Shown here one piece after another: positions 62,975 to 64,000 of a stretch of DNA of 64,000 nt. The notes under the pieces were generated by a model. That model was given only the letters and a program-made list of their open reading frames with translations, was not told where the DNA came from and did no database searches. Every line of letters begins with the position of its first letter. Position 1 is the stretch's first letter. Position numbers and translations under genes: made by a program. This DNA comes from an uncultured Chloroflexia bacterium (GTDB lineage Bacteria > Chloroflexota > Limnocylindria > Limnocylindrales > CSP1-4), in the NCBI GenBank assembly GCA_963816135.1, contig CAWFJD010000017.1, forward strand, positions 397,064-461,063. The letters run 5' to 3'.

Positions 62975-64000
62975 CTAGGCCGTTCTGGAGATCCGGGAGC
63001 GCCGCCGTCCATCTGCCTCGCGCTCGTAGACGCGCATCAGGGCCGCCGCCAGTCGCGCCGAATCGTGGTGGTGGGCATTCTCCGCGTCCACGACCTCGTC
63101 CAGGACCAGCCGCGGCATCGCCAGGCCACCGAGCGCCCTCACGGGCGGCCAGCGAAGCTTGACCGGTTGGGCCTCGTAGCCGCCGCGACGCCTGGCGTCG
63201 AACTTGTTATTGGCCAGGACCACGTCGATCAAACCCGGGCCCACGTGGCGCTCGATCGCGGCGACGTGGTCCACCAGGTCGTAGCCCCACGTCTCCCCGT
63301 TCTGCGTGGCCACGTTGCAGATGAAGACGCGAAGAGCCGCGGACTGGCGGATGGTGTCCGTGATCTGGTCGAGGAGCAGGCTGGGCATGATGCTCGTGTA
63401 CAGGCTGCCGGGCCCGATCACGATCATGTCGGCCTCCTCGATCGCCCGTCTGGCATCGTCACAGGCACTCACGTCCTCGGGCGTCAGCCAGACGCGATCG
63501 ATCCCGACGGCCTTCGCGATCTCCGACTGCCCGCTGACCAGGCCCCCGTCCTTGAGCTGGGCGTGGAGGACCACGGGCGTCGCCGTGGCCGGCACGACCT
63601 GGCCGCGGACGGCCAGGACACGGTTCATCTGCCGGACCGCTTCCTCGAAATCGTCGCCCTGGACCGAGTTCATGGCCGCGAGCAGCAGATTTCCCACCGT
63701 GTGGCCGCCCAGGCTCGCCTCTGTCCCGCCCGGAAATCGGTATTGCAGGAGTTGCGCCATCAGCGGCTCCGAGTCGGCCAGGGCCGCGATGCAGTTGCGA
63801 ATGTCGCCGACGGCCGGGATCCCGAGCTCTTCGCGAAGCCGCCCCGAGGAACCACCGTCGTCCGCGACCGTGACCACGGCCGTGATGTTGCTGGTGTGCT
63901 CCTTGATCCCGCGCAGCAGCGTCGAAAGTCCCGTGCCACCGCCCAAAACCACGATCTTGGGCCCGCGAGACAGGAACCGCTTCTGGTAGATGACCTCGAC
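62975..64000 (-). CDS. yvcK: YvcK/GlmR (CofD-like, UPF0052) gluconeogenesis-factor family protein; the 5' end may lie beyond the window
   Basis: Contains VVLGGGTGLSTLLRGIK...VTVADDGGSSGRLR...GDIRNC...GHTVGNL...IVIGPGSLYTSI. The frame stays open upstream of the called GTG (63952) to position 64000 (VEVIYQKRFLSRGPKIVVLGGG). Confidence 0.85.
   Translation of the reverse strand, partial: VEVIYQKRFLSRGPKIVVLGGGTGLSTLLRGIKEHTSNITAVVTVADDGGSSGRLREELGIPAVGDIRNCIAALADSEPLMAQLLQYRFPGGTEASLGGHTVGNLLLAAMNSVQGDDFEEAVRQMNRVLAVRGQVVPATATPVVLHAQLKDGGLVSGQSEIAKAVGIDRVWLTPEDVSACDDARRAIEEADMIVIGPGSLYTSIMPSLLLDQITDTIRQSAALRVFICNVATQNGETWGYDLVDHVAAIERHVGPGLIDVVLANNKFDARRRGGYEAQPVKLRWPPVRALGGLAMPRLVLDEVVDAENAHHHDSARLAAALMRVYEREADGRRRSRISRTA

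Overview
GC-rich bacterial chromosomal window made almost entirely of core housekeeping genes, nearly all on the minus strand. The order closely follows the Firmicutes/Actinobacteria-type arrangement. Read along the minus strand it runs: yvcK-whiA, tpiA-gpmI-secG, rpsF-ssb-rpsR, ileS-lspA-rluD-gmk-priA-def-fmt-rlmN-rpe, Asp23-DAK2-recG-rsmD-coaD, yceD-rpmF-plsX, acpP-rnc-smc-ftsY, ffh-rpsP-KH-rimM-trmD-rplS-rnhB, rpsB-tsf-pyrH. I find 8 tRNA genes in two clusters (Leu-UAA; Phe/Gly/Gln/Cys; Val/Leu-GAG/Leu-CAG). I find no rRNA, CRISPR array, transposase, integrase or prophage genes. The accessory content is small. It comprises an orphan Flp pilin; a REC-HD-GYP response regulator divergent from a PilZ protein; an ECF sigma factor with a membrane partner; a GT2 glycosyltransferase; a PAP2 membrane protein; an MFS transporter; and a peptide-type substrate-binding protein (SBP). 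Two features stand out. (1) A five-copy tandem array of a 116-117 bp, strongly self-complementary unit fills the gap between rpsR and a Ca2+/Na+ antiporter gene. I cannot assign it to any known family. (2) Many genes, including essential ones (tsf, rplS, trmD, ffh, ftsY, smc, recG, gpmI), are readable only by switching frame. Long neighbouring genes (ileS at 1118 aa, rlmN, fmt, the PAP2 protein) are intact. I read this patchy pattern as indel errors in the assembly rather than biology, and it should be checked before any pseudogene claim is made. All protein calls rest on my recognition of motifs in the supplied ORF translations or on manual translation. No database search was run.
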